From assembly GCA_945871105.1 (NCBI GenBank), contig CAMBUO010000003.1, positions 9,747 through 73,746 of the forward strand: 64,000 nucleotides of DNA. The letters are read 5' to 3'. Every line of letters starts with the position of its first letter. Position 1 is the first letter of the stretch. The notes beneath the pieces were generated by a model. The model saw only the letters and a program-made list of their open reading frames with translations, did no database searches and had not been told where the DNA came from. Source of the stretch: an uncultured Clostridia bacterium (GTDB lineage: Bacteria > Bacillota_I > Bacilli_A > RF39 > UBA660). Made by a program: the position numbers and the translations under genes. Positions 29,660-38,901 of the stretch are shown here, piece after piece.

Positions 29660-31258
29660 ATGAAAAGAAATTTAATTAGTATTTTAATTACGATTGTTAC
29701 TGGTTTAGTATTATATTATTTTATGTTACCACCAATTAATATTACATCTTTATTATTTTGGGTTTATATAATTATTTTACTTAGTGTTTATTTTGTTATT
29801 TCTTGTTTTGATTTTTTACAAACGAAAATTATTAACAGAAGACAATTTAATTTAGTTAATAAATTTAATAAGTCTTTAATAGTATTGTATGGAATATTTA
29901 CTATTATAGGTTTAATTATAATTATTAATATTATTTGTTCACCTCTTTTTAATTCTAAAAGTTATGCTAATCGAATAACTGTTGACGATACTAAAAAGTT
30001 TGAAGAGGACGTTCCTTTGGTTGATTTTAAAGCTATTCCTTTATTAGATAAAGAAAGTAGTCAAAAATTAGGTGATAGAACAATGGGAACAATGCCTGAT
30101 TTAGTTAGTCAATTTTATGTTTCAGATTTATATACACAAATTAATTATCAAGAGGAAATTATTAGAGTAACGCCTTTAGAATATGCTGATATGATTAAAT
30201 ATTTTACTAATCGTCAAGAAGGAATAAAGGGATATATTACGGTTAATTCCGTTAATGGTGAATCTAAATTAGTTAAACTTGATAAAGGTATGCGTTATAT
30301 GCCATCGGCTATGTTTTTGGAAAATTTAGATCGCAAACTTCGTTTTACTTATCCTACTAAAATACTAGGAACTAAGAGTTTTGAAATTGACAATGAAGGT
30401 AATCCTTATTGGATAGTTCAAACTTTATCATATACAGGTATTAATTTAAAAGAAGAAGTTAATGGGGTAATTATTTTAGATCCTATTACTGGGGATAGTA
30501 AATGGTATAAAGTAGAAGATGTTCCAAACTGGGTTGATCATGTCTATGATGCTAATTTAATTATTGAGCAATTTAATAACTATGGTGAATACAAAAACGG
30601 CTTTTTCAATTCTCTATTTGGTCAAAAAGGTGTAGTAAATACCACTGCTGGTTATAATTATTTAGCTATGCACGATGATATTTATTTATACACAGGTGTT
30701 ACATCAGTTATTGCTGATGAATCAAATTTAGGTTTTATTTTAACTAATATGCGTACTAAAGAAACACATTACTATAATATACCAGGTGCTGAAGAATTTT
30801 CAGCTATGGCAAGTAGTGAAGGTGCCGAACAAGATAAAAAGTATAAAGCAACTTTTCCACTTTTAATTAATTTAAATAATAAACCAACTTATCTAATGTC
30901 TTTAAAAGATAATGCAGGACTTGTTAAAATGTATGCTTTAGTAGATGTTTCTAACTATCAAAAAGTCGTTACTTCAGATGCTTCACTTGGTATAGAAGAA
31001 GCGGTAAGACGCTATTTAAATGAAAATACAACAATTGATTCTTCAAATGCAACAACTAAACAAATTCAAATTACGGAAATTAATAGTGCTGTTATTGATG
31101 GAATAACATATTATTATTTAGTCGATAGTGAAAATAATCATTATACAACAAGTGTAAAAACAAATAAAAACAGATTACCATTTTTAAAAGTAGGAGATAC
31201 AATTAATATTAATTATTATGAACAACAAGATATAAGAGTTATAACAAAAATAAACTAA
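29660..31258 (+). CDS. Hypothetical membrane-anchored extracytoplasmic protein
   Basis: 532 aa with 3 N-terminal TM helices and a large soluble domain. It starts 9 nt after the S41 gene. No recognisable motif. Confidence 0.55.
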   Translation: MKRNLISILITIVTGLVLYYFMLPPINITSLLFWVYIIILLSVYFVISCFDFLQTKIINRRQFNLVNKFNKSLIVLYGIFTIIGLIIIINIICSPLFNSKSYANRITVDDTKKFEEDVPLVDFKAIPLLDKESSQKLGDRTMGTMPDLVSQFYVSDLYTQINYQEEIIRVTPLEYADMIKYFTNRQEGIKGYITVNSVNGESKLVKLDKGMRYMPSAMFLENLDRKLRFTYPTKILGTKSFEIDNEGNPYWIVQTLSYTGINLKEEVNGVIILDPITGDSKWYKVEDVPNWVDHVYDANLIIEQFNNYGEYKNGFFNSLFGQKGVVNTTAGYNYLAMHDDIYLYTGVTSVIADESNLGFILTNMRTKETHYYNIPGAEEFSAMASSEGAEQDKKYKATFPLLINLNNKPTYLMSLKDNAGLVKMYALVDVSNYQKVVTSDASLGIEEAVRRYLNENTTIDSSNATTKQIQITEINSAVIDGITYYYLVDSENNHYTTSVKTNKNRLPFLKVGDTININYYEQQDIRVITKIN

Positions 31259-31289
31259 CGACAAGTTAGTTTTTTTAGGAAGGAGGAGT

Positions 31290-32225
31290 ATGCCATCTAG
31301 TATTACTCATGCTTATATAGCTATGAATGTATATGATAAATTAGATAAAAATATTCAAAGAAAGTTATTAAATAGATTAGAAGATTATAAAACTTATAGT
31401 CAAGGACCAGATGTATTTTATTTTTATCATATCTTATTTCCAATTACAAAGAAATCAAGATCAGTTATGAATCTTGGTAGAACTATTCATAATCATAAGG
31501 TTAATAAATTATTTATTGATATGACTAAACAAGTAAAAAGTACTAAAAATACAGATCAATTTATTTTTTTAATAGGTTGGTTAACTCATTATATAGCTGA
31601 TTCAACAATGCATCCTTATATTGAATATCTATCTAAAAAACTAGAAAAGAAACATTTAAGTAAGAAAGATAATCATTTTTTTATAGAAACTTATTTAGAT
31701 AATTATTATATTAGAAAAAAGGAAAAAATTGATTATAAAAAATATCGAGTTGATAAGTTTTGTTTTAATACTAGTCCTAATCAAGAAGTTATTAATTTAT
31801 TAAATAAAAGTATGAAAAATATTTTTCATGAAAAAGAAATGGGGTATTATTATTTTAAATCTATAAAACAAATGAAATCTTTCTTTTATTTTTTAAGATT
31901 TGATCCTTATGCTATAAAGAAAAAATTTTATGAATTAGCTAATATATTTACTAAAAGAATTTTTCGAGATGTTCGTTATTTATCTTATAATTTTCCATTA
32001 AATCATGATGAATTTTTAAATTTAAATCATCAAAAATGGTATTATTTAGAAAATAAAGAGATAACTAGTACCAAAAGTATAATTGATTTATATGAAGAAG
32101 TAGTTAACAAAGCTAGTTTAAAAATAAAAGATTTATATGATTATATTTATAATAATAAAAAAATTGATTTAGAATCTTTATTTGAAAATAAATCTTATGG
32201 AACAGGTTTGACTTTAAATGAGTAG
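31290..32225 (+). CDS. Zinc-dependent phospholipase C-like family protein
   Basis: N-terminal SSITHAYIA and HYIADSTMHP histidine motifs. GGAGGAG RBS. Confidence 0.6.
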   Translation: MPSSITHAYIAMNVYDKLDKNIQRKLLNRLEDYKTYSQGPDVFYFYHILFPITKKSRSVMNLGRTIHNHKVNKLFIDMTKQVKSTKNTDQFIFLIGWLTHYIADSTMHPYIEYLSKKLEKKHLSKKDNHFFIETYLDNYYIRKKEKIDYKKYRVDKFCFNTSPNQEVINLLNKSMKNIFHEKEMGYYYFKSIKQMKSFFYFLRFDPYAIKKKFYELANIFTKRIFRDVRYLSYNFPLNHDEFLNLNHQKWYYLENKEITSTKSIIDLYEEVVNKASLKIKDLYDYIYNNKKIDLESLFENKSYGTGLTLNE

Positions 32226-32271
32226 CCAAAGTTAGATATATTTCATAAACTATTGATTGAATGGGGGAAAT

Positions 32272-33057
32272 ATGTCTAACTTTATTTTTAATTTAAATCC
32301 AATTATTCAAGCTTTATTAGCAACTCTTTTTACATGGGCAGTAACGGCTTTAGGAGCAGCTTTAGTTTTTATGTTTAAAAAAATTCATAAAAATATTTTA
32401 GATAGTATGTTAGGAATAGCTGCAGGGGTTATGATAGCTGCTTCTTTTTGGTCTCTTTTATCACCATCTATTGAAATGGCTAATGTTTTAAAAATAAATA
32501 TTATTTTGTCAGTAGCTGGTGGTTTTTTATCTGGTGGTTTATTACTTTTTATTGGTGATAAAGTCATGAATAAAATGCAAAATAAAAGTAGTAATTTAAA
32601 AAGAACATTAATGCTAATTGTATCAATCACTCTTCATAATGTACCTGAGGGATTAGCCGTAGGGGTTGCCTTTGGTTCAACTTTATATGGTTTAGATGGA
32701 GCCACTTTAATGTCGGCTTGGACTCTTGCTATAGGAATTGGTATTCAAAACTTTCCTGAAGGTACAGCTGTTAGCGTTCCTTTAAGAAGAGAAGGGTTTT
32801 CTAGGAATAAATCATTTATTTATGGTATGTTAAGTGGAATAGTCGAACCAATTTCTGGTGTTTTAGGAGCTTTACTAGTATTAAAAGTGCGAATTATTTT
32901 ACCATTTTTATTAGCATTTGCAGCCGGTGCTATGATTTATGTTGTTATCCAAGAACTAATACCTGAAAGTCAAACCAATGAAAATAAAGAAGTAATATCT
33001 ATGTGTACTTTAATAGGATTTACAATTATGATGCTTTTAGATGTTTTATTAGGTTAA
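32272..33057 (+). CDS. ZIP-family divalent metal transporter (ZupT-like)
   Basis: An 8-TM pattern with HNVPEGLAVG and QNFPEGTAV motifs. The start follows GGGGGAAAT; the ORF-track start is 32257. Confidence 0.85.
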   Translation: MSNFIFNLNPIIQALLATLFTWAVTALGAALVFMFKKIHKNILDSMLGIAAGVMIAASFWSLLSPSIEMANVLKINIILSVAGGFLSGGLLLFIGDKVMNKMQNKSSNLKRTLMLIVSITLHNVPEGLAVGVAFGSTLYGLDGATLMSAWTLAIGIGIQNFPEGTAVSVPLRREGFSRNKSFIYGMLSGIVEPISGVLGALLVLKVRIILPFLLAFAAGAMIYVVIQELIPESQTNENKEVISMCTLIGFTIMMLLDVLLG

Positions 33058-33079
33058 AAAAATTCACCAAAGTGAATTT

Positions 33080-33427
33080 TTAATCTACTAATTTATGACC
33101 ATCAGCATCTTTATCAATACTACCACAAAGAATTAAAATACCTTCAATAAAGCCCCAAACAGCTGATATAGGTGAAAATATAAAACAAGATAAAACAGTT
33201 ATTAATAACTGACCAATTGCTTTACCAGTATAACCTAAATAAAAATTATGAACGCCAAAGCAACCTAATAAAATTCCTAATATACCAGCTGCAATTTTAC
33301 TTTTAGCCGTTGGAAGTGGTTCTTGTTTTTTAGTTTCATTATCATGATTAATAAGTTTTCCACAATTTAAACAAATATCTGCCCCTTCTTTTAATTCTTT
33401 ACCACAATTAGTACAATATTTAGCCAT
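33080..33427 (-). CDS. Zinc-ribbon + TM2 domain membrane protein
   Basis: An N-terminal CTNCG...CLNCG ribbon is followed by the TM2-type segment GILGILLGCFGVHNFYLGYTGKAIGQL. The start is at the second ATG, after GGAGG. Confidence 0.7.
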   Translation of the reverse strand: MAKYCTNCGKELKEGADICLNCGKLINHDNETKKQEPLPTAKSKIAAGILGILLGCFGVHNFYLGYTGKAIGQLLITVLSCFIFSPISAVWGFIEGILILCGSIDKDADGHKLVD

Positions 33428-33466
33428 ACATACCTCCAATATAGTTAATTATATCACATATTTTTT

Positions 33467-34309
33467 TTATTTATTAAATTTTATAATCCGAAAATTACAA
33501 TTTTTACAAAGATTACAAGTTAATTTATTATCCTTAAATCCTTGATTAAGGTTTAAAAATAATTCACTTTTTAAAACATCTTCTAATTCATCTTCAAAAA
33601 TATTACCAAGTTTTAGAATACCTTTACTATCTAAACAACAAGGAACAATATCACCATTTACTAAAATAGCAATATGACTTCTAGTACCAAGACAAGTTCC
33701 TTTATCTAAGATGCTATCTTGAATATTATCTGGCCATTTAAATTCATTATCTTTATCTAAATAAATATTATCTTTAATTTTAATATTTTTTTCCTTTATA
33801 ACTTTATTTATAAAAGATTTATCCAACTTATAATGTGATATTAAGTTATCCACAATTATTGTGGATAACTTATCTAACTTATAATTATCTAATAACCAAA
33901 TACGATAAACAATGGGAATATCTTTTGCTAAGATATCACAAGTATTGAAAACATCGGTAAAGTAGTTTACTAAATTATTTTCACAGTGCAAAGAAACATT
34001 AATTTGTTTAATATTTGTAAATTTTTGTAAAATATTTAACTTACTTTTTAGTAAAGTACCATTAGTAGTTATTTTAACTTTATAATTATATTTTTCAGTT
34101 AATTCAAGTATTTCTAAGAGTTTACTATGTAATAAAGGCTCTCCTTTAATATGTAAATATATAGTATTAGTATATTGTCTAATTTTCTTTAAAATAATGT
34201 CAAATTCTTGTAAAGATAATTCTTTTTTTAAACGGTTATCTTTAGAACAAAAGGAACAGTTTAAATTACAAATATTAGTAATTTCTATATAGATTTTAGA
34301 AAATCTCAT
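33467..34309 (-). CDS. Radical SAM protein with C-terminal Cys-rich (SPASM/twitch-like) region
   Basis: The CNLNCSFC segment is a CxxxCxxC cluster. The C-terminal region has PCCLD ... CNLCKNC. An ATGA overlap links it to the uvrB stop. Confidence 0.8.
   Translation of the reverse strand: MRFSKIYIEITNICNLNCSFCSKDNRLKKELSLQEFDIILKKIRQYTNTIYLHIKGEPLLHSKLLEILELTEKYNYKVKITTNGTLLKSKLNILQKFTNIKQINVSLHCENNLVNYFTDVFNTCDILAKDIPIVYRIWLLDNYKLDKLSTIIVDNLISHYKLDKSFINKVIKEKNIKIKDNIYLDKDNEFKWPDNIQDSILDKGTCLGTRSHIAILVNGDIVPCCLDSKGILKLGNIFEDELEDVLKSELFLNLNQGFKDNKLTCNLCKNCNFRIIKFNK
33842..33872. repeat. 31-bp perfect palindrome made of two inverted consensus DnaA boxes, inside the radical SAM CDS
   Basis: The sequence is taagTTATCCACAat t atTGTGGATAActta, with 15-bp arms and a 1-nt centre. 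Degenerate copies ttatccaac (33820 region) and ttatctaac (33871 region) flank it. Confidence 0.85.
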
Positions 34310-36258
34310 AGTTCTCCTTTCATTTCAAATAAAATATCTCTTAATTCCATAGCTCTTTCAAAATCAAGTTCTTTAGCAGCTTGTTTCATTTCTTCTTCGA
34401 TTTTTTGAATAGTATCTATTTTTTCTTTTTTAGTTAATTTAGGAGTTTTTTTATCTTTTGAATCATCTAAATTACTAATTAAATCACGAATTTCTTTAAC
34501 AATTGTTTTTGGAATAATACCATGTTCTTGATTATATTTTTCTTGAATAAGACGACGTCTAGCCGTTTCTTTGATGGCATAGTCCATACTATCAGTTATT
34601 TTATCTCCGTAAAGAATAACATGTCCATGTTCATTTCTAGCACATCTACCAATAGTTTGAATTAAACTACGACTACTTCTTAAAAATCCTTCTTTATCAG
34701 CATCTAAAATAGCAATTAAAGATACTTCCGGAATATCAAGTCCTTCTCTTAAAAGGTTAATACCAACTAATACATCATAGGTACCAAGTCTTAAATCACG
34801 AATAATTTTCATTCTTTCTAAAGTTTTAATTTCTGAATGTAAATAAGCAACTTTAATATCTAATTGTTTTAAATAATTAGTTAATTCTTCAGCCATTCTA
34901 ATGGTTAAAGTCGTGACTAAAACTCTTTCATTTTTATTAATCCGATCGTTTATCTCTCCAACTAAGTCATCAATTTGACCTTCCGTTTTTCTTACTTCAA
35001 TCGTTGGATCAAGTAATCCTGTTGGACGAATAATTTGTTCAATATATTTATTATTAGTTAACTCAAGTTCGTAATCACCAGGAGTGGCTGACACATATAT
35101 AACCTGATTAACTTTTTTTTCAAATTCTTCAAACTTTAAAGGACGATTATCAAGGGCACTTGGTAGGCGAAAGCCAAAGTCAACTAAATTCATCTTCCTA
35201 GCTCTATCACCATTATACATACCTCTTATCTGAGGAACAGTTACATGGCTTTCATCAATAACTAAAAGAAAATCTTTCTTAAAAAAATCAAGTAAGCAAG
35301 TAGGGGTTTCACCTTCTTTTTTTAAAGCTAAATGACGGGAATAATTTTCAATTCCATGACAAAAACCAGTTTCAGCTAACATTTCCATATCATAGTTAGT
35401 TCTTTCTTTAATTCTTTCAGCTTCAAGTGGTTTATTATTATCTAAAAAATATTTAATTCTTTCATTTAATTCTTCTTTAATATTTAAAATAGCTAATTGT
35501 AATTTTTCATCATTAGTTACAAAGTGACTAGCAGGGAAGATAGTAATACTTTTTTTATTTGTTATAATTGCTCCAGTTAAAGTATCGATTTCACTTATTC
35601 TATCTATATCATCTCCAAAAAATTCAATTCTAATTCCATGAGTATGCTCATTAGCAGGAATTATTTCTAAAGTATCTCCACGAACTCTAAAAGTTCCACG
35701 TTTAAAATCAAATTCATTTCTTTCATATAACATATCCACAAGTTTTAACATAATTTTATTACGATCAACTGTATCTCCAACGTTTAAAGTAATCGTTTTA
35801 TTACGATATTCTTCAACTTCTCCAATACCATAAATACAAGAAACACTAGCAACAACAATTACATCATCACGTGATAATAAAGCACTAGTTGCTGAATGAC
35901 GAAGTTCATCAATTTCATCATTTATTTTAGCATCTTTTTCAATATAAGTATCACTTGATGGTACATAAGCTTCAGGTTGATAATAATCATAATAAGAAAC
36001 AAAATATTCAACTCTATTATTAGGAAATAATTCTTTAAGTTCAGAATAAAGTTGACCAGCAAGTGTTTTATTATGAGCAAGTACTAAAGTCTGTTTACCA
36101 GTTTCTTTAATAACATTAGCAATAGTAAAAGTTTTACCAGTTCCAGTTGCACCTAATAATACTTGATGTTTAACACCATCATTAACCCCTTTAATTAATT
36201 TATTAATGGCTTCTGGTTGATCACCACTTGGTTTAAATTTAGAAACTAATTCAAACAT
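34306..36258 (-). CDS. uvrB: Excinuclease ABC subunit B
   Basis: [17 protein letters not shown], Walker [13 protein letters not shown], and a C-terminal UVR motif ([12 protein letters not shown]). The ORF-track GTG start is at 36267. Confidence 0.96.
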   Translation of the reverse strand: MFELVSKFKPSGDQPEAINKLIKGVNDGVKHQVLLGATGTGKTFTIANVIKETGKQTLVLAHNKTLAGQLYSELKELFPNNRVEYFVSYYDYYQPEAYVPSSDTYIEKDAKINDEIDELRHSATSALLSRDDVIVVASVSCIYGIGEVEEYRNKTITLNVGDTVDRNKIMLKLVDMLYERNEFDFKRGTFRVRGDTLEIIPANEHTHGIRIEFFGDDIDRISEIDTLTGAIITNKKSITIFPASHFVTNDEKLQLAILNIKEELNERIKYFLDNNKPLEAERIKERTNYDMEMLAETGFCHGIENYSRHLALKKEGETPTCLLDFFKKDFLLVIDESHVTVPQIRGMYNGDRARKMNLVDFGFRLPSALDNRPLKFEEFEKKVNQVIYVSATPGDYELELTNNKYIEQIIRPTGLLDPTIEVRKTEGQIDDLVGEINDRINKNERVLVTTLTIRMAEELTNYLKQLDIKVAYLHSEIKTLERMKIIRDLRLGTYDVLVGINLLREGLDIPEVSLIAILDADKEGFLRSSRSLIQTIGRCARNEHGHVILYGDKITDSMDYAIKETARRRLIQEKYNQEHGIIPKTIVKEIRDLISNLDDSKDKKTPKLTKKEKIDTIQKIEEEMKQAAKELDFERAMELRDILFEMKGEL

Positions 36259-36421
36259 TTTTATCACTCATCCTTTAATTTTATAAAATATGATATCACA
36301 AACTATTGAAATTATGAATACTTTTAACTAAACAACTACTAATATATATTTTTTAACCTCTAATAATTAATATTATTGTATATTTAATAACATATTATAA
36401 TCACTTAAAAATTTATAATTT

Positions 36422-37225
36422 TTAGTATCTATTAAAAAAATTTCTTAAAAAAAATTCTATTCCATCTTCATTACATGATTTTGTTTTATAAGGAGCAATT
36501 TTTTTAACATCTTCAATAGCATTTTCCATTGCAACTCCATATTTGCTTTTTTCAATCATTTCAATATCATTATAATTATCACCAAAAGATATTGTATTTT
36601 TAATATTTATTTTCTCTAATCTTAAAATATATTTTATTGCTTGAAATTTAGAAACATTTTTTCTTACTATTTCTAACCATCTAATTTCATTATCTTCATT
36701 TTTCATTTCAAATGCATGTAAATTTTTAAATTTATTATTTATTTCATTAATTATTTTATAATTATTTTGATAATTAAATAACTTTATAGTTGAATGAATA
36801 ATATTATTATTTTTTATAAATTCTTTTATATCTTCAATATTTCTAGATAAACCATAATAGTTTAGATCATTTTTTGTATATTTATAGTAGTAATGTTCAT
36901 CAGAAAATTCTATATATTCAAAATTATCATCATACAAATTGATTAATGATTTTATATTTTCTTTACTTAATTTTTTCTTATAGATTATTTTTTTGTTTTT
37001 TATGTCATAAATGATACTTCCTGAATCAGTTATCATATAGTTAATAAAATTTAATTTTGATACAATTTCATAGCACGTATCATATATTCTTCCTGATGCT
37101 ATTACAATAATATGACCATTATCATATAATTTTTTTAAATAATTCTTTGTTCTTGTTGATATTTTTTTATCATAATTTAACAATGTGTTATCTAAATCTA
37201 ATGAAATTACATATCTATTATTCAT
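36422..37225 (-). CDS. Cof-type HAD-IIB phosphatase
   Basis: Motif I is SLDLDNTLL and motif IV is GDNYNDIEM. It overlaps the upstream gene by 8 nt. Confidence 0.85.
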   Translation of the reverse strand: MNNRYVISLDLDNTLLNYDKKISTRTKNYLKKLYDNGHIIVIASGRIYDTCYEIVSKLNFINYMITDSGSIIYDIKNKKIIYKKKLSKENIKSLINLYDDNFEYIEFSDEHYYYKYTKNDLNYYGLSRNIEDIKEFIKNNNIIHSTIKLFNYQNNYKIINEINNKFKNLHAFEMKNEDNEIRWLEIVRKNVSKFQAIKYILRLEKINIKNTISFGDNYNDIEMIEKSKYGVAMENAIEDVKKIAPYKTKSCNEDGIEFFLRNFFNRY

Positions 37226-37898
37226 TATTTATGTCCTTTTTAAAATTGGAAGAATTATGTATAAAAGGAGTTCCTTTATAAAATAGGCAGTATTCTTTAT
37301 TTCCTATAATACGAATTTTTTTATCTGTAATAACTATAACATCTTCTTCTGGTAAAAAAATTAATTTATTCATTTTACTATATTCTTTTAAATAATTTTC
37401 ATTTAATTTCAAGTTACTTTTATTAAAATGACATAAGAGTGAATAATTATTTAGAAAATTCAATCCTTTTGTATCTATATCTATTTTTTTATCTGTTAAT
37501 AAACATCCATCAATATCTTTTCCAAATATTATTGCACCCGCACTTCCACCATAAACAATACCATCATTTAATAAAAAATTTTTAATTTTTTCTAAATTAG
37601 AATTTTCTTGTAATTCTTTCAACAATTTATATGTATTGCCACCTCCTATAAATAATGAACTATAATTATTTAAATTCAATTTTGATAGTTCTATACTGGA
37701 TGTTACCATTTCAAAATTAGTAAAATTAAAATATTCAATCTCTTTTTTAAACCATTTATAACATTCGTTATACTTATTACAATTTAAAGCGAGCGGTATA
37801 TATAGAATTGGCTTGTTTTTATTTATACTTTTAAAAAAATTAATGTAGGCATAAAGGTTTTGTTTGCCAGATCCTCCGCCTGATAGATATAATTTCAT
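37218..37898 (-). CDS. Peptidase E / S51 family (class I glutamine-amidotransferase-like fold) protein
   Basis: IGGGNTYKLLKEL and the GGSAGAIIFG nucleophile elbow. AAGGAG RBS. Confidence 0.7.
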   Translation of the reverse strand: MKLYLSGGGSGKQNLYAYINFFKSINKNKPILYIPLALNCNKYNECYKWFKKEIEYFNFTNFEMVTSSIELSKLNLNNYSSLFIGGGNTYKLLKELQENSNLEKIKNFLLNDGIVYGGSAGAIIFGKDIDGCLLTDKKIDIDTKGLNFLNNYSLLCHFNKSNLKLNENYLKEYSKMNKLIFLPEEDVIVITDKKIRIIGNKEYCLFYKGTPFIHNSSNFKKDINNE

Positions 37899-37909
37899 TT
37901 AATTTCTCC

Positions 37910-38884
37910 TTATCTAATTATTTTTTTTATTCTTTCTTTCGGAACACCACTTGAGGATAATCTTTTTTGCATTTCATTCCAAGGTATATTTATATTTATT
38001 CCAGCCACTTTATATCCTTCATTTACAAGCATATTAATGATATTTGAGTTACAATTTCTTTCATATTCATTTTCTATTATAGAAAAATCAAAAGCATCAG
38101 ATATTTTTTGCCAATCTTGCCAATACAAAATACATTCTTTAAAGTATTTTAAATCTTCAACTTTTAATTTACTTGATGACAATAAATCAGCTAATTTTTT
38201 TGAAAATAGTCTTGCTCGATAACCACTATTTTTTTGTGATGGTTTTACACCACATATAGCAAGCAATGTTATAGCGGAAATAAGTCCTTTTTCAGATGAT
38301 GATAGTTTATCAGAATCACTAAATAAATTAAAATATGATTTATTTCCATTAATACACCATCTAATCCTTTCAATGCCAAAACCCAAATCACACATCGAAT
38401 CAATTTTTTCATTATCTATACGTGTAAAAAAAGTTGTATCTCCTATTTCAATATTATTATAATAATAAAATGTTCTATTACCTGATAAATTTATATTATT
38501 CCATTTATCCTCATAAAAATCACAACATGAAGTTAAATTTCTTTTTTCTAATCCAAGTTGATAGAAAAAATCCAACCAATCTTTTATTAATTTTAAATAT
38601 TCGTTTTCTGATAAATTAAATTTTGCAGTTGTACTATTTATAAATGCTAATGATGTACCTTCAGATAATACATCTAAATATTGTGTTCTAATAACTGGTT
38701 GAGCAATAAATAAATTTTTTTTATCTTCCAATTCATCATTTAAATAACTATTTAAAAGTGGTTGAATTCCTGCACTATAAAAAACTGTATCTTTATTATT
38801 TACAATTGGAAATGGATTAACAATATGATAATCCATTTCCTTAAAATAATTATATATATCTTTTGAAAATAAAATATTTTTCAT
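37910..38884 (-). CDS. Stand-alone alanyl-tRNA-synthetase catalytic-core paralogue (no tRNA-binding, editing or C-Ala domains)
   Basis: By-eye alignment to the E. coli AlaRS N-terminal domain gives FYSAGIQPL vs FTNAGMNQF, QPVIRT vs QRCVRA, DLGFGIERI vs DTGMGLERI, and KNSGYRARL vs ENRGYVLRR. The protein is only 324 aa. Confidence 0.7.
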   Translation of the reverse strand: MKNILFSKDIYNYFKEMDYHIVNPFPIVNNKDTVFYSAGIQPLLNSYLNDELEDKKNLFIAQPVIRTQYLDVLSEGTSLAFINSTTAKFNLSENEYLKLIKDWLDFFYQLGLEKRNLTSCCDFYEDKWNNINLSGNRTFYYYNNIEIGDTTFFTRIDNEKIDSMCDLGFGIERIRWCINGNKSYFNLFSDSDKLSSSEKGLISAITLLAICGVKPSQKNSGYRARLFSKKLADLLSSSKLKVEDLKYFKECILYWQDWQKISDAFDFSIIENEYERNCNSNIINMLVNEGYKVAGININIPWNEMQKRLSSSGVPKERIKKIIR

Positions 38885-38901
38885 AATCCCTCGTCATACA
38901 A

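Noticed and set aside
36259-36421. A LexA/SOS box (GAAC-N4-GTTC type) upstream of uvrB.
   Set aside because: No GAAC...GTTC element was found in the 154-nt upstream region, so SOS control cannot be claimed from the sequence.
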